From assembly GCA_965206595.1 (NCBI GenBank), contig OZ242214.1, positions 4,256,001 to 4,320,000 on the forward strand: DNA of 64,000 nucleotides. The letters run 5' to 3'. Origin of the DNA: Candidatus Latescibacterota bacterium. Its GTDB lineage: Bacteria; Latescibacterota; UBA2968; UBA8231. Position numbers and translations under genes: made by a program. This document shows, piece after piece, positions 41,801 through 49,732 of the stretch (position 1 is its first letter; each line of letters starts with the position of its first letter). The notes beneath the pieces were generated by a model, which saw nothing but the letters and a program-made list of their open reading frames with translations, made no database searches and was not told the DNA's origin.

Positions 41801-42159
41801 ACCCGGAACTCTTCCTTCTCCAGCTCCCGGACCCAGCGGTTGCTCCAGCGCCACAGGCGCACCGGGTTGCCGATCAGGGCGGTGGCCCCCTCGAGTCCCA
41901 GCTCGCGCTCGAGGAAGGTCTTGGCGGTGCGGTCGAAGAGGAAGATGGCGCTGTGGCGATACCCCTCGACGTCGAGACCGCGGCTGTCGAGAAAGGTCCG
42001 CGCCCGTTCGCCCGCCTCCTCGCGGGTGATGCTGAAGTCGATGGTCGCTTCCGGGAAGGCGTCGTAGAAGAAGTGGCTCGCCGTCGCCAGGCTGACCGCG
42101 GCGACGACGAAGCAGACGGCGATCAGCCGGTAATCGCGATGGGTAAGGTGTTGTTCCAT
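38803..42159 (-). CDS. Large multi-TM CPBP (Abi/CAAX) intramembrane glutamic endopeptidase with duplicated extracytoplasmic domain
   Basis: SEEFTSR, WGFAH and WHYTID motifs; two copies of the EKEEF.V...F.HL.EEEA.GA.L...EAR..AE module. Confidence 0.82.
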   Translation of the reverse strand: MEQHLTHRDYRLIAVCFVVAAVSLATASHFFYDAFPEATIDFSITREEAGERARTFLDSRGLDVEGYRHSAIFLFDRTAKTFLERELGLEGATALIGNPVRLWRWSNRWVRELEKEEFRVQYTTAGELAGFSHLIEEEAAGASLDQAEARSLAERFLTGTMGRDPVGLTFVEAEITERPNRSDHTFTWKLSDFEVSEATYRLTVGIQGDQVGRYSEYLKVPETWQREYQELRSYNEATGLVAAVLMVLLWIGMLVVLTQSIRARDVRWKTVTVFTAIAFALTFLAELNTLPLTEFNFDTTETYGSFLTSHLLSALLSALGQAVLIGFLTAGAEPIYRRSYGGQISLNQQFLPAGIRTKRFLTGTVIGLTMTALFVAYQTVFYVVADDLGAWSPAQIPYDQMVNTYIPWVVVLLIGFMPAVSEEFTSRAFSIPFLQRFLKKRWLAVVISALVWGFAHAGYPQQPFYIRGIEVGLAGIAVGYVMIRWGLLPALVWHYTIDAFYTAMILLRSSNSYFVVSAGLSVGLMLLPFAAALVLYLRHRFFVDPEPLLNRAESPPLDELQEAAEDEPLSEPEPASSYTPLSGRRLLLSTAVVAVAAGLFLLDYEKPLEETAFAVTAEEAEAAARSYLGGRGVELEGYRSVVTGASAASRNVAKYRMERAGFAAIDSLYSRHLPLNRWRVRFFRPLEKEEFHVYVDCGDGSVDSFTHLEEEEAVGADLSEEEARAVAEAHLREFGVDAGEFELVESSSEKMKARRDHNFVWEALDGDPRNLDESFYRIEVDVIGDEASGFRRFVKLPEEWLRERQESTTLKAVMSGLQIVVIVFVVLHLIWLMVRQMRSQTLGWRKPVTLGLIAGALFLIGYLNSLPAFYAGYSTTMTTAIFTIMQVVGAVLGLIAVGLGVVCYLGLADSLYPGCLERLRGPGRAGFFRDAAWIALLAWAAGKVGDRLAGFAARQFPGFAEPGFGLLSLTGMNDAAPAVSGLIATLASGAVMPIAYGVVLFYVLKVLKKPAYVIGAVLAWLLISEGGAFNAGEFLLGAGTGAIGIAISAAVIALLLRGNLVAYILLGVLTATLDPGLDLVRQPASWFQVHGWIWIGIVAATIAAFWIESRRHLPQPER

Positions 42160-42262
42160 GTTTATCTTCAGACTCGAGCTTCACCCGGTTCTTATGGGAG
42201 ATTATCCCTTGCCGGAAAACCGGAAATTCCCTGCCGGTTCAGATCGCCGGCGAGAAGTGTTT

Positions 42263-42685
42263 ATGAAATCCTGCCAAGGCTTGGACCAGCGCATCGCGAA
42301 CCTGCTCGAACCCCGCCGGGAGGTGCTCGAAGCCTACCTGTTCGGCTCCCATGCGCGGGGAGAGGCGCAGCCCCGCAGCGACCTGGACATCGCCGTTTAC
42401 ATCGATGAAGAAGCGGCGGAAAAAAGCGCTTTCGGGTACCGTGCGCAACTCGCTACCGAGCTCATCGCGGGGCTCCACAGCAACGACATCGACCTTCTGA
42501 TCCTCAACCAGGCCCCCCCGGTTTTGTACTACCATGTCCTGCGCGACGGCATTCGCCTGCTTGCCCGTGACATGAGGGCGACGACGACGCGGGAGGGGCG
42601 TGCGGTTTCCCGCTACTGCGACTTCGTTCCCCAGCTCGCGAAGATGGAAGCGGCGTGGGGTTCCCGCTCCCGAGGCGGAAGATGA
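42263..42685 (+). CDS. mntA: Type VII TA antitoxin, MntA-family nucleotidyltransferase
   Basis: YLFGSHARG...SDLDIAV (GSx10DxD), IDLLILNQAP. Confidence 0.85.
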   Translation: MKSCQGLDQRIANLLEPRREVLEAYLFGSHARGEAQPRSDLDIAVYIDEEAAEKSAFGYRAQLATELIAGLHSNDIDLLILNQAPPVLYYHVLRDGIRLLARDMRATTTREGRAVSRYCDFVPQLAKMEAAWGSRSRGGR

Positions 42686-43137
42686 CTCCCGGACAGCCCA
42701 ACCCCTCCGTGGTGCGACGCCATCTCACCGCGCTGAAACTGGCCGTCGAAAATCTGCGCCGGCGTTCCGGTACGACCGCGGCTGAGCTTCGAGGTGATTC
42801 CGATCTGCGCTGGTCGGTCGAACGCGGCCTTCAGCTCTGTGCGCAGAACAGCCTCGATATTGCTACCCATATGGCGTTGTCCGCCGGCCTGGATGCTCCG
42901 GATTATGCAACGGCCATCGACCGGCTCGCCGAGACGGAAGTGTTGCCCGGTGATTTCGCGGAGCATTTCCGGAATGTCGCCGGCTTCCGCAACGTGCTTG
43001 TCCACGGGTACCTCGATGTCGATCTCGACCTGATCGCGCAGTTTCTCGACCGGCAGCTCGTCGATTTCGAAACGTTTTCCCGCCATGTCGAACGGTGGCT
43101 TTCAAAGCTTTCCGAAATGAATGACGGCTCACAATGA
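42682..43137 (+). CDS. hepT: Type VII TA toxin, HepT/DUF86 HEPN RNase
   Basis: VERGLQ and FRNVLVHGY (Rx4HxY); ATGA overlap with mntA. Confidence 0.85.
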   Translation: MTPGQPNPSVVRRHLTALKLAVENLRRRSGTTAAELRGDSDLRWSVERGLQLCAQNSLDIATHMALSAGLDAPDYATAIDRLAETEVLPGDFAEHFRNVAGFRNVLVHGYLDVDLDLIAQFLDRQLVDFETFSRHVERWLSKLSEMNDGSQ

Positions 43138-43205
43138 GAAGGCCGTTCGACGACGCTCTACAGGGCATTATTCCCGGGACGGCAACCTGACGACGGAGTA
43201 TCGAC

Positions 43206-43949
43206 GTGGATCTCTACATCGGCACCAGCGGCTACAAGTACAAGGAGTGGAAGGGGCCGTTCTACCCGGAGAAGTTCCCGGACAAGGAGATGCTGGATTT
43301 CTACGGGCAGCGCTTCAACAGCGTCGAGATCAACAACAGCTTCTACCGGGTGCCGAAGCCGGACGTGGTCGTCTCCTGGGCGGAGAGGGTGCCGGGGAAC
43401 TTCCGCTTCTCGATGAAGGCGACGCGCCGGATCACGCACCTCAAACGCCTCAAGGGGGTCGAGGAGGAGACCGGGTACTTCATCGACATCGCCTCCAACC
43501 TCGGCCCGGGGCTCGGCGCCCTGTTGTTCCAGTTGCCGCCGACCCTCAGGAAGGACATGGACCGCCTCAGGGCCTTCCTGGAGATCCTCCCGGACGGGGC
43601 CCCCGCGGCCATGGAGTTCCGCCACGAGAGCTGGTTCGACGACGAGGTCAAGGCCTGCCTGCGGACGAAGAACGTCGCCTTGTGCTTCGCGCACGAAGAC
43701 GAGGACACCGCCGAGGAGAGCGAGCGCAAGTTCGCCGCCACCGCCTCCTGGGGGTACCTGCGCCTGCGCGGCAGCGGCTACGGCGACGACGAGCTGCGCG
43801 CCTGGGCCGGCAGGGTCAGGGAGCAGTCCTGGGAGCGCGCCTTCGTCTTCTTCAAGCACGAGAGCGAGGGCCTGGGGCCGAAGCTGGCCAGCCGGTTCGC
43901 CGAGGCGACGCATGCCGCAGGAGATCCCGGCCCGGGGGCAAGGGAGTAG
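43206..43949 (+). CDS. DUF72 family protein
   Basis: IGTSGYKY.EW.G.FYP, VEINNSFYR, LFQLPP, EFRHESW, YLRLRG. Confidence 0.9.
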   Translation: MDLYIGTSGYKYKEWKGPFYPEKFPDKEMLDFYGQRFNSVEINNSFYRVPKPDVVVSWAERVPGNFRFSMKATRRITHLKRLKGVEEETGYFIDIASNLGPGLGALLFQLPPTLRKDMDRLRAFLEILPDGAPAAMEFRHESWFDDEVKACLRTKNVALCFAHEDEDTAEESERKFAATASWGYLRLRGSGYGDDELRAWAGRVREQSWERAFVFFKHESEGLGPKLASRFAEATHAAGDPGPGARE

Positions 43950-44067
43950 CCGTGGCAGCCGATCTCTCCAACGAGAGGGAAGGCCTGGGGCCGAAGCTGG
44001 CTATCCCGTTCACCAGGCGGCGCACGTCCCCGATGGTTCGAGCCCGGGGGCAGGGGAGCAGCCGGTG
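43860..44067 (+). repeat. Degenerate tandem duplication of the DUF72 3' end (about 95 bp)
   Basis: acgagagcgagggcctggggccgaagctggc...gcccgggggcaagggagtagccg is repeated with substitutions from about 43971. Confidence 0.7.
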
Positions 44068-45474
44068 ACCGCCGATATCTGTTTCTCCACCGCGGTGGAG
44101 CTGCGCGAGCTCTACGCTTCCCGCCGGCTCTCTCCGGTCGAGGCCGTCCGGGCCATCCTCGACCATATCGCCGCGGCCGACCGCGATATCAACGCCTTCG
44201 TGACCCTCACCCCGGAGCTGGCCCTGCGCCAGGCCCGGGCAGCGGAAACCGCGTACGCCGAAGGCCGGGCAGGGCCGCTGGCCGGCATCCCCTTCACCCT
44301 CAAGGACCTCACCCCGACCCGGGGGATACGGACGACGCGGGGCTCGGAGCTGTACCGGGACTGGGTCCCCGACTACGACGCCCCGGTAGCGGAAAGGCTG
44401 TACGCCGCCGGGGCGGTGCTGCTGGGCAAGACCAACACCCCGGAGATGGGGTGGAAGGGGGACACGGACAACCGCGTCGCCGGTTCGACCCACAACCCCT
44501 GGCGCCGCGGCCGCACCGCGGGCGGCTCGAGCGGGGGCGCCGCGGCCGCGGTCGCCGCCGGGTTCGGGCCCCTTGCCCAGGGGTCGGACGGGGCCGGGTC
44601 GATACGGATCCCGGCCTGCCTGTGCGGGGTCTACGGGTTCAAGCCCTCCTGGTCGCTGGTGCCCCAGTACCCGGCCAGCGCCGTCGAGCTGTTCTCCCAC
44701 ATGGGACCGATCACCCGCAGCGTCGCCGATGCCGCGGCCATGCTGACCGTTATCGCCGGGGAGGATGTGCGGGACCGCGCCTCGCTTCCCTGCACCACCG
44801 ACTTCTCCGCGGCCCTCGAGGAAGAGGTCGACTGGGAGGGCATCCGCATCGCCTGGTCTCCCGATCTCGGGTACGCCGCGGTCGACCCGGAGGTGCTCGC
44901 GGTGACTGCCGAAGCTGCCCGGTGTTTCGCCGAGCTCGGCTGCCTCATCGAGGAGGACCACCCCTCCCTGGGCGACCCCTGGGAATCGATCGTCGACATC
45001 CTCTGGTCGACCGCGTTCGCCGGGCTGTTCCACGACGACTTCGACGCGGTGAAGGACCGCCTCGACCCGGGGCTCGCGGCGGTGATCGAGGCGGGGTCCT
45101 GCTACTCCGGCCCCCAAGTCGGGGCCGCCCATGCCCGCCGCATCGACTACTACCACGACTGGCGCCGCTTTATGGAGCGCTACGATTTCGTGCTGACCCC
45201 TGCCCTGCCGGTGACCGCCTTTCCCTGCGGCCGGGACCATCCCGGGGAGATCGCCGGCAGGCCGGCCACCTATCTCGGCTGGACCGCCTTCACCTACCCC
45301 TTCAACATCACCGGACAGCCGGCGGCGACCGTTCCCTGCGGATTCGTCGACGGCCTTCCCGCCGGCCTGCAGATCGCAGGTGGCTGGCGCCAGGACGCCG
45401 CGGTCCTGCGCGCCTCCGCCGCCTTCGAGCGCATGGCACCGTGGGCGCACCGGCGCCCGCCCTTGGAGGCATGA
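44065..45474 (+). CDS. Amidase signature family enzyme
   Basis: KDL, GKTNTPE, GGSSGG, GSDGAGSIRIPA; GTG start. Confidence 0.92.
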   Translation: MTADICFSTAVELRELYASRRLSPVEAVRAILDHIAAADRDINAFVTLTPELALRQARAAETAYAEGRAGPLAGIPFTLKDLTPTRGIRTTRGSELYRDWVPDYDAPVAERLYAAGAVLLGKTNTPEMGWKGDTDNRVAGSTHNPWRRGRTAGGSSGGAAAAVAAGFGPLAQGSDGAGSIRIPACLCGVYGFKPSWSLVPQYPASAVELFSHMGPITRSVADAAAMLTVIAGEDVRDRASLPCTTDFSAALEEEVDWEGIRIAWSPDLGYAAVDPEVLAVTAEAARCFAELGCLIEEDHPSLGDPWESIVDILWSTAFAGLFHDDFDAVKDRLDPGLAAVIEAGSCYSGPQVGAAHARRIDYYHDWRRFMERYDFVLTPALPVTAFPCGRDHPGEIAGRPATYLGWTAFTYPFNITGQPAATVPCGFVDGLPAGLQIAGGWRQDAAVLRASAAFERMAPWAHRRPPLEA

Positions 45475-46712
45475 CCATGGAGATCCGCGCGGTCCGCGAG
45501 CAGGAGCTCGAGGAGATGATCGAGCTCCAGTGCCTGGTCTTCCGCCCTCGCGGCCACGACCGCTACAACGCCTACGTCCGCGGCGACCCCTCGTACGAGC
45601 TCGGGCAGACGCGGGTCGTCGTCGTCGACGGGGAGATCGTCGCCACCCTGCGAGTCTGGGACCGCACCATCCGCGTCGGAGAAACCCCGGTGAGAATGGG
45701 CGGAATCGGCGGCGTCGGAACCCACCCCGACCATCGCCGCCGCGGTTATGCCTCGGCCATGCTCCGCGACGCCATCGACTGGATGCGGCCCCGCGGCTAC
45801 CTCACCAGCGTGCTTTTCACCGAGGTCCCCACGAAATTCTACCGCCGCCACGGCTGGGCGAGCGTGCCCATGCAGGGGTTCCGCATCGCCGCGCCGGGTG
45901 CCGGCGCCACCCTTCCGGCTCCGGTGGGGAGCGTAGATGAGTGGCTGGTCGAAGCCTTCGACGAAACACGCCACCTCGAGGCCGCGGTGGCGCTGTACGA
46001 GAGGTACAACGCCGCCCGGAGCGGCGCCTTGGTCAGGGACCGGCCCTACTGGGATTCGGAGCCGGCGAGGATCCGGGGGATCATGCCGGCAGCGGTCGCC
46101 CTCGACGCCGGGGGGGACCTGCGCGGCTACCTCAACTACAAGATCGACGGGGGGCAGGCGGAGGTATGGGAGCTGGCCGTCGACGAGACCGCCGCCCCGG
46201 CGACCGATGCCATGGTGCGGCATTTCCTGCGGGAGTGCGCCGCCCCTGGAGCCGGCGAGATTGTCGGCGACCTGCCGCACCGGCACCCCCTCGTCGACCT
46301 GCTCTGCGAGTACAGCGGCGGGGATCTCGAGCTGACCGGAAACGCCACCACCATGTGGAAGGTGCTGGACCTTCCCGGGTTGCTCTCCGCCCTGCTGCCG
46401 GAGCTGCAGCAGCGGGTTGAGGAAGCCGTCCCGGGGCCGGCGGCGCTGCTCTTCGAGTTCGACGGAGAGCGCTGCTCGCTGGCACTCGATTCGTCGGGGC
46501 GGCTGCACCTCGATGCGCGCACGCCCGTGGGTCCGGCGCTGCCGTTGAGCGGTGAGATGCTGTGGCGGCTGCTGCTGGGGGAGAGCAACTGGTCCGACAT
46601 CGAGGCTTCCCCGGCTGCCCGCGGGAAGGCGGTCGATCCGGCGCTGTCCCGGCTGCTTGCGGCCCTGTTTCCTCGGCGTCAGGTCATCTACTGGGCGCCG
46701 GACCATTTCTGA
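45471..46712 (+). CDS. Eis-like GNAT acetyltransferase
   Basis: GIGGVGTHPDHRRRGYAS, FYRRHGW, SCP2-like tail ending PDHF. Confidence 0.82.
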   Translation: MTMEIRAVREQELEEMIELQCLVFRPRGHDRYNAYVRGDPSYELGQTRVVVVDGEIVATLRVWDRTIRVGETPVRMGGIGGVGTHPDHRRRGYASAMLRDAIDWMRPRGYLTSVLFTEVPTKFYRRHGWASVPMQGFRIAAPGAGATLPAPVGSVDEWLVEAFDETRHLEAAVALYERYNAARSGALVRDRPYWDSEPARIRGIMPAAVALDAGGDLRGYLNYKIDGGQAEVWELAVDETAAPATDAMVRHFLRECAAPGAGEIVGDLPHRHPLVDLLCEYSGGDLELTGNATTMWKVLDLPGLLSALLPELQQRVEEAVPGPAALLFEFDGERCSLALDSSGRLHLDARTPVGPALPLSGEMLWRLLLGESNWSDIEASPAARGKAVDPALSRLLAALFPRRQVIYWAPDHF

Positions 46713-46756
46713 AAATCCGCGGCTGCGGCCGCGGCGAGGAGAAGGAGGAGGAGAAA

Positions 46757-47776
46757 GTGAGTCCGAAGAAGGGGTTTCGATGCGGAGTGATCGGCTACAG
46801 TCCGGCCTTCAACATGGGGCGTACCCATCTCGAGGCGATGACGAAGAACCCGGGGATGGAGGCGGTGGCCGTCTGCGATCTCAACGCCGAGTTACGGGCA
46901 GCTGCCGCCCGGGACTGGCCCGGAGCCACGGTCTACGGCCGCGTCGGCGACATGCTGCGCCGGGCAGAGCTCGATCTCGTCGCCGTTATCACCCCGCACA
47001 ACACCCACGCCAGGCTGGTGATGCAGTGTCTCGATGCAGGGGTGGGCGTGGTGTGCGAGAAGCCCCTGGCGATCACCAGCAGGGAAATCAGGGAGATGAT
47101 CGCCATGTCGAAACGCCGCAAGGCCATGCTGTCGACCTTTCACAACCGGCGCTGGGACAGCGACTTCCTGCTGCTCCGCGACCTGCTTCAGGAAGAAAAG
47201 GCGATCGGCGAGCCTTTCCGGATCGAGTGCGGCTTCTACAACTACGGGGAGTCGCGGCCCTGGTGGCGCTCGGACAGGAAGATCTCCGGCGGCGCCATCT
47301 ACGACTGGGGCGCGCACTTCACCGACTGGGTCCTGCAGCTCGTCAGGGACGAGATCGACTGGGTCAGCGGCTTCCAGGTTAAGAACCCCGCCTGGGGCTC
47401 GTACAGCAACGAGGACCACTCGGAGTACACCCTGAAGTTCAAGGGGGGCTGCGAGGTGACGCAGACCATATCGAACCTGTCGATGAGTCCGCGGCCGCGA
47501 TGGCGCATTCTCGGAGACCGCGGGGCCATCGAGGCGGCCGAGGGGGGCTTCCTGCTGCGCACCCTCGTCGGCAACAGGCAGATGAGCGCCGTGGTCCCGG
47601 TGCCGGAGCGGCTGCCGACCGCGGACCTGTTCTACGAAAACGTGTACCGCCACCTGCTGGGCCGGGAGGGGCTGGCGGTCACCGCCGAGTCCGCCGCCCG
47701 GGTCATCGGGGTGCTGGAAGCGGCCAACCTCTCCGCGACTCGGGGCTCCGCCCCGGTGAAGCCGGCGTTCAAATAG
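46757..47776 (+). CDS. Gfo/Idh/MocA oxidoreductase
   Basis: TPHNTH, VCEKP, HNRRWD, GGAIYDWGAH. Confidence 0.9.
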   Translation: MSPKKGFRCGVIGYSPAFNMGRTHLEAMTKNPGMEAVAVCDLNAELRAAAARDWPGATVYGRVGDMLRRAELDLVAVITPHNTHARLVMQCLDAGVGVVCEKPLAITSREIREMIAMSKRRKAMLSTFHNRRWDSDFLLLRDLLQEEKAIGEPFRIECGFYNYGESRPWWRSDRKISGGAIYDWGAHFTDWVLQLVRDEIDWVSGFQVKNPAWGSYSNEDHSEYTLKFKGGCEVTQTISNLSMSPRPRWRILGDRGAIEAAEGGFLLRTLVGNRQMSAVVPVPERLPTADLFYENVYRHLLGREGLAVTAESAARVIGVLEAANLSATRGSAPVKPAFK

Positions 47777-47789
47777 GAAGGACGGAACC

Positions 47790-48533
47790 ATGCTTCTCGG
47801 CGAAATGACCTCGCCCCGGATCGACGCGCTGCGGCGCGACATCGTCGTCTACATCCCGGTCGCCTCATGCGAGCAGCACAGCCTGCACCTGCCGGTGCTG
47901 ACCGACAGCATGATCGGGGAGGAGGTGTCGCGGCGCGTCCACGTTCGCATCCCCGACGACGTGCTCGTGCTGCCGGTGCAGTGGCTGGGGTATTCCCAGC
48001 ACCACATCCGCTACCCGGGAACGGTCAGCGCCGTCAGCGAGACCCACCTGCTGCTGATGATGGACATCGTCGCCTCCATGGTCGGCAGCGGATTCCGCAA
48101 GATCCTGATCCAGAACAGCCACGGCGGCAACGGCGCCAACATCCAGGTGCTCCTGCAGCGGCTGATGGAGCGCTACCCGGAGGGGGAGGCGGAGTTCTAC
48201 TCGCGCTGGGCCTGGGCCGATGGCGACACCCTTAACCAGATCCGCGACCTGCCGCACGGATCGGGGCACGCCGGGGAGACGGAGACGTCCATGATCCTGG
48301 CGATGCGCCCCGACCTCGTGCTCACCGACAAGCTCGACCCGGACGGGGAGCGCGAGGGGATGCGGGTCCCCGGAATGTCCTCCTACCACCGCTTCGACCA
48401 GCGCACCCGCCACGGCGGGGTAGGCGACCCCCGGCCGGCCACCGCGGAGAAGGGTGAGCGCATGCTCGACGCCTCCGCGGACGAGATCGTCGAACAGGTG
48501 CTCGCCATCCGCGCGCTGAAGCCGTTCTCCTGA
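47790..48533 (+). CDS. Creatininase-family amidohydrolase
   Basis: EQHSLHLP..TD, NSHGGN, HAGETETS, ATAEKG. Confidence 0.9.
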   Translation: MLLGEMTSPRIDALRRDIVVYIPVASCEQHSLHLPVLTDSMIGEEVSRRVHVRIPDDVLVLPVQWLGYSQHHIRYPGTVSAVSETHLLLMMDIVASMVGSGFRKILIQNSHGGNGANIQVLLQRLMERYPEGEAEFYSRWAWADGDTLNQIRDLPHGSGHAGETETSMILAMRPDLVLTDKLDPDGEREGMRVPGMSSYHRFDQRTRHGGVGDPRPATAEKGERMLDASADEIVEQVLAIRALKPFS

Positions 48534-48551
48534 CCCGGTTCTGAAGCCGGC

Positions 48552-49484
48552 TCAGGCGCGTTCGAAAAGCAGGCTGAGGTCGAGGGCGGGAGCCGAGTGG
48601 GTGAGGGCCCCGATCGAGACCAGGTCGACCCCGGTCAGGGCGATTTCGCGGACATTGTGAATACCGATGCCGCCGGTCGCCTCGATTTCGATCGGCGGGT
48701 CGAGCGGGCGAATCAGCACCACCGCCTCCCGGATGACCTGAGTGGGCATGTTGTCGAGAAGAATCCGGTCGGGCCGCAGGCGGCGCTCCAGGGCGGTGAG
48801 CTCGCCCACCTCGTCGAGGTTTCGCGCTTCCACCATGACGCGCGGGGGAGCGGAGCCTTCCGCGTTCGCCTGTGCCGCCCCTTCCCGGGCGAGCCGCACC
48901 GCGGCGGCGCATCCCCCGGCCGCGGCGGCGTGGTTCTCCTTTATCAGGACAGCGTCGTAGAGGCCGCGGCGGTGGCTGACGCCGCCGCCGCAGCGGACCG
49001 CGTACTTCTCCAGCTGCCTGAGGCCCGGTGTGGTCTTGCGGGTATCGGTGACGCGCACCCCGGTGCCGGCGATTGCGGTGACGAAGCCGCGGGTCAGGGT
49101 GGCGGTTCCCGAGAGGCGCTGCAGCAGGTTGAGGGCGGTCCGTTCCCCGACCAGCAGGGAACGCGCCGACCCCGACATCTCGACGACGGTTTCACCGGAA
49201 TCCACGATGCTGCCCTCCGCGGCGCGGCCGCCGAACTGCACCGAGCCGTCGAGACGGCGGAAGACCGCGCAGGCGACCGGAAGCCCGGCGATCACCCCCC
49301 GCTGCCGGGCGACGATGCGGGCGCGCGCCCGCGCCTGCGGGGAGACGGTCCAAGAGGTGGTCAGGTCGGCTGACGGGGAGGGTTCCGGAGAGCCGAGGTC
49401 CTCGGCGAGGGCAGCGGCGACGACAGCGGCCGCGTCCGGCAGGCCGGGTGCCTCGAGTCCGGTGAATTGGGGAAGGGGGCTCAT
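48552..49484 (-). CDS. nadC: Nicotinate-nucleotide diphosphorylase (quinolinate phosphoribosyltransferase)
   Basis: ERTALN, DTRKTTPGLR, HRRGL, IKENH, ILLDNM, EATGGI, SIGALTHS. Confidence 0.96.
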   Translation of the reverse strand: MSPLPQFTGLEAPGLPDAAAVVAAALAEDLGSPEPSPSADLTTSWTVSPQARARARIVARQRGVIAGLPVACAVFRRLDGSVQFGGRAAEGSIVDSGETVVEMSGSARSLLVGERTALNLLQRLSGTATLTRGFVTAIAGTGVRVTDTRKTTPGLRQLEKYAVRCGGGVSHRRGLYDAVLIKENHAAAAGGCAAAVRLAREGAAQANAEGSAPPRVMVEARNLDEVGELTALERRLRPDRILLDNMPTQVIREAVVLIRPLDPPIEIEATGGIGIHNVREIALTGVDLVSIGALTHSAPALDLSLLFERA

Positions 49485-49732
49485 GCCGTTGCTCCGCTAC
49501 CCGCGGTTATCCGGGCGCCGCGGGTGGCCAGATCCAAACGGTGATCCATAATGGGAAGTATATACCTGGGTAAACGTTCCAGCATCCCATACAATATCAA
49601 GCGACTATTCCCCCACTGACGAATAGAAACCATGCGCCCGAAATGCTGCTCAGGGAGAGAAGTCCCCGGCGTCCGGGACTGTGGCCCCTGAGCGGCCACT
49701 CCGCCGGCCCCCCTTCTCCAGGGAGCAGTAGC

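Noticed and set aside
42263-43137. MntA/HepT pair as a novel system
   Set aside because: Standard type VII toxin-antitoxin module.
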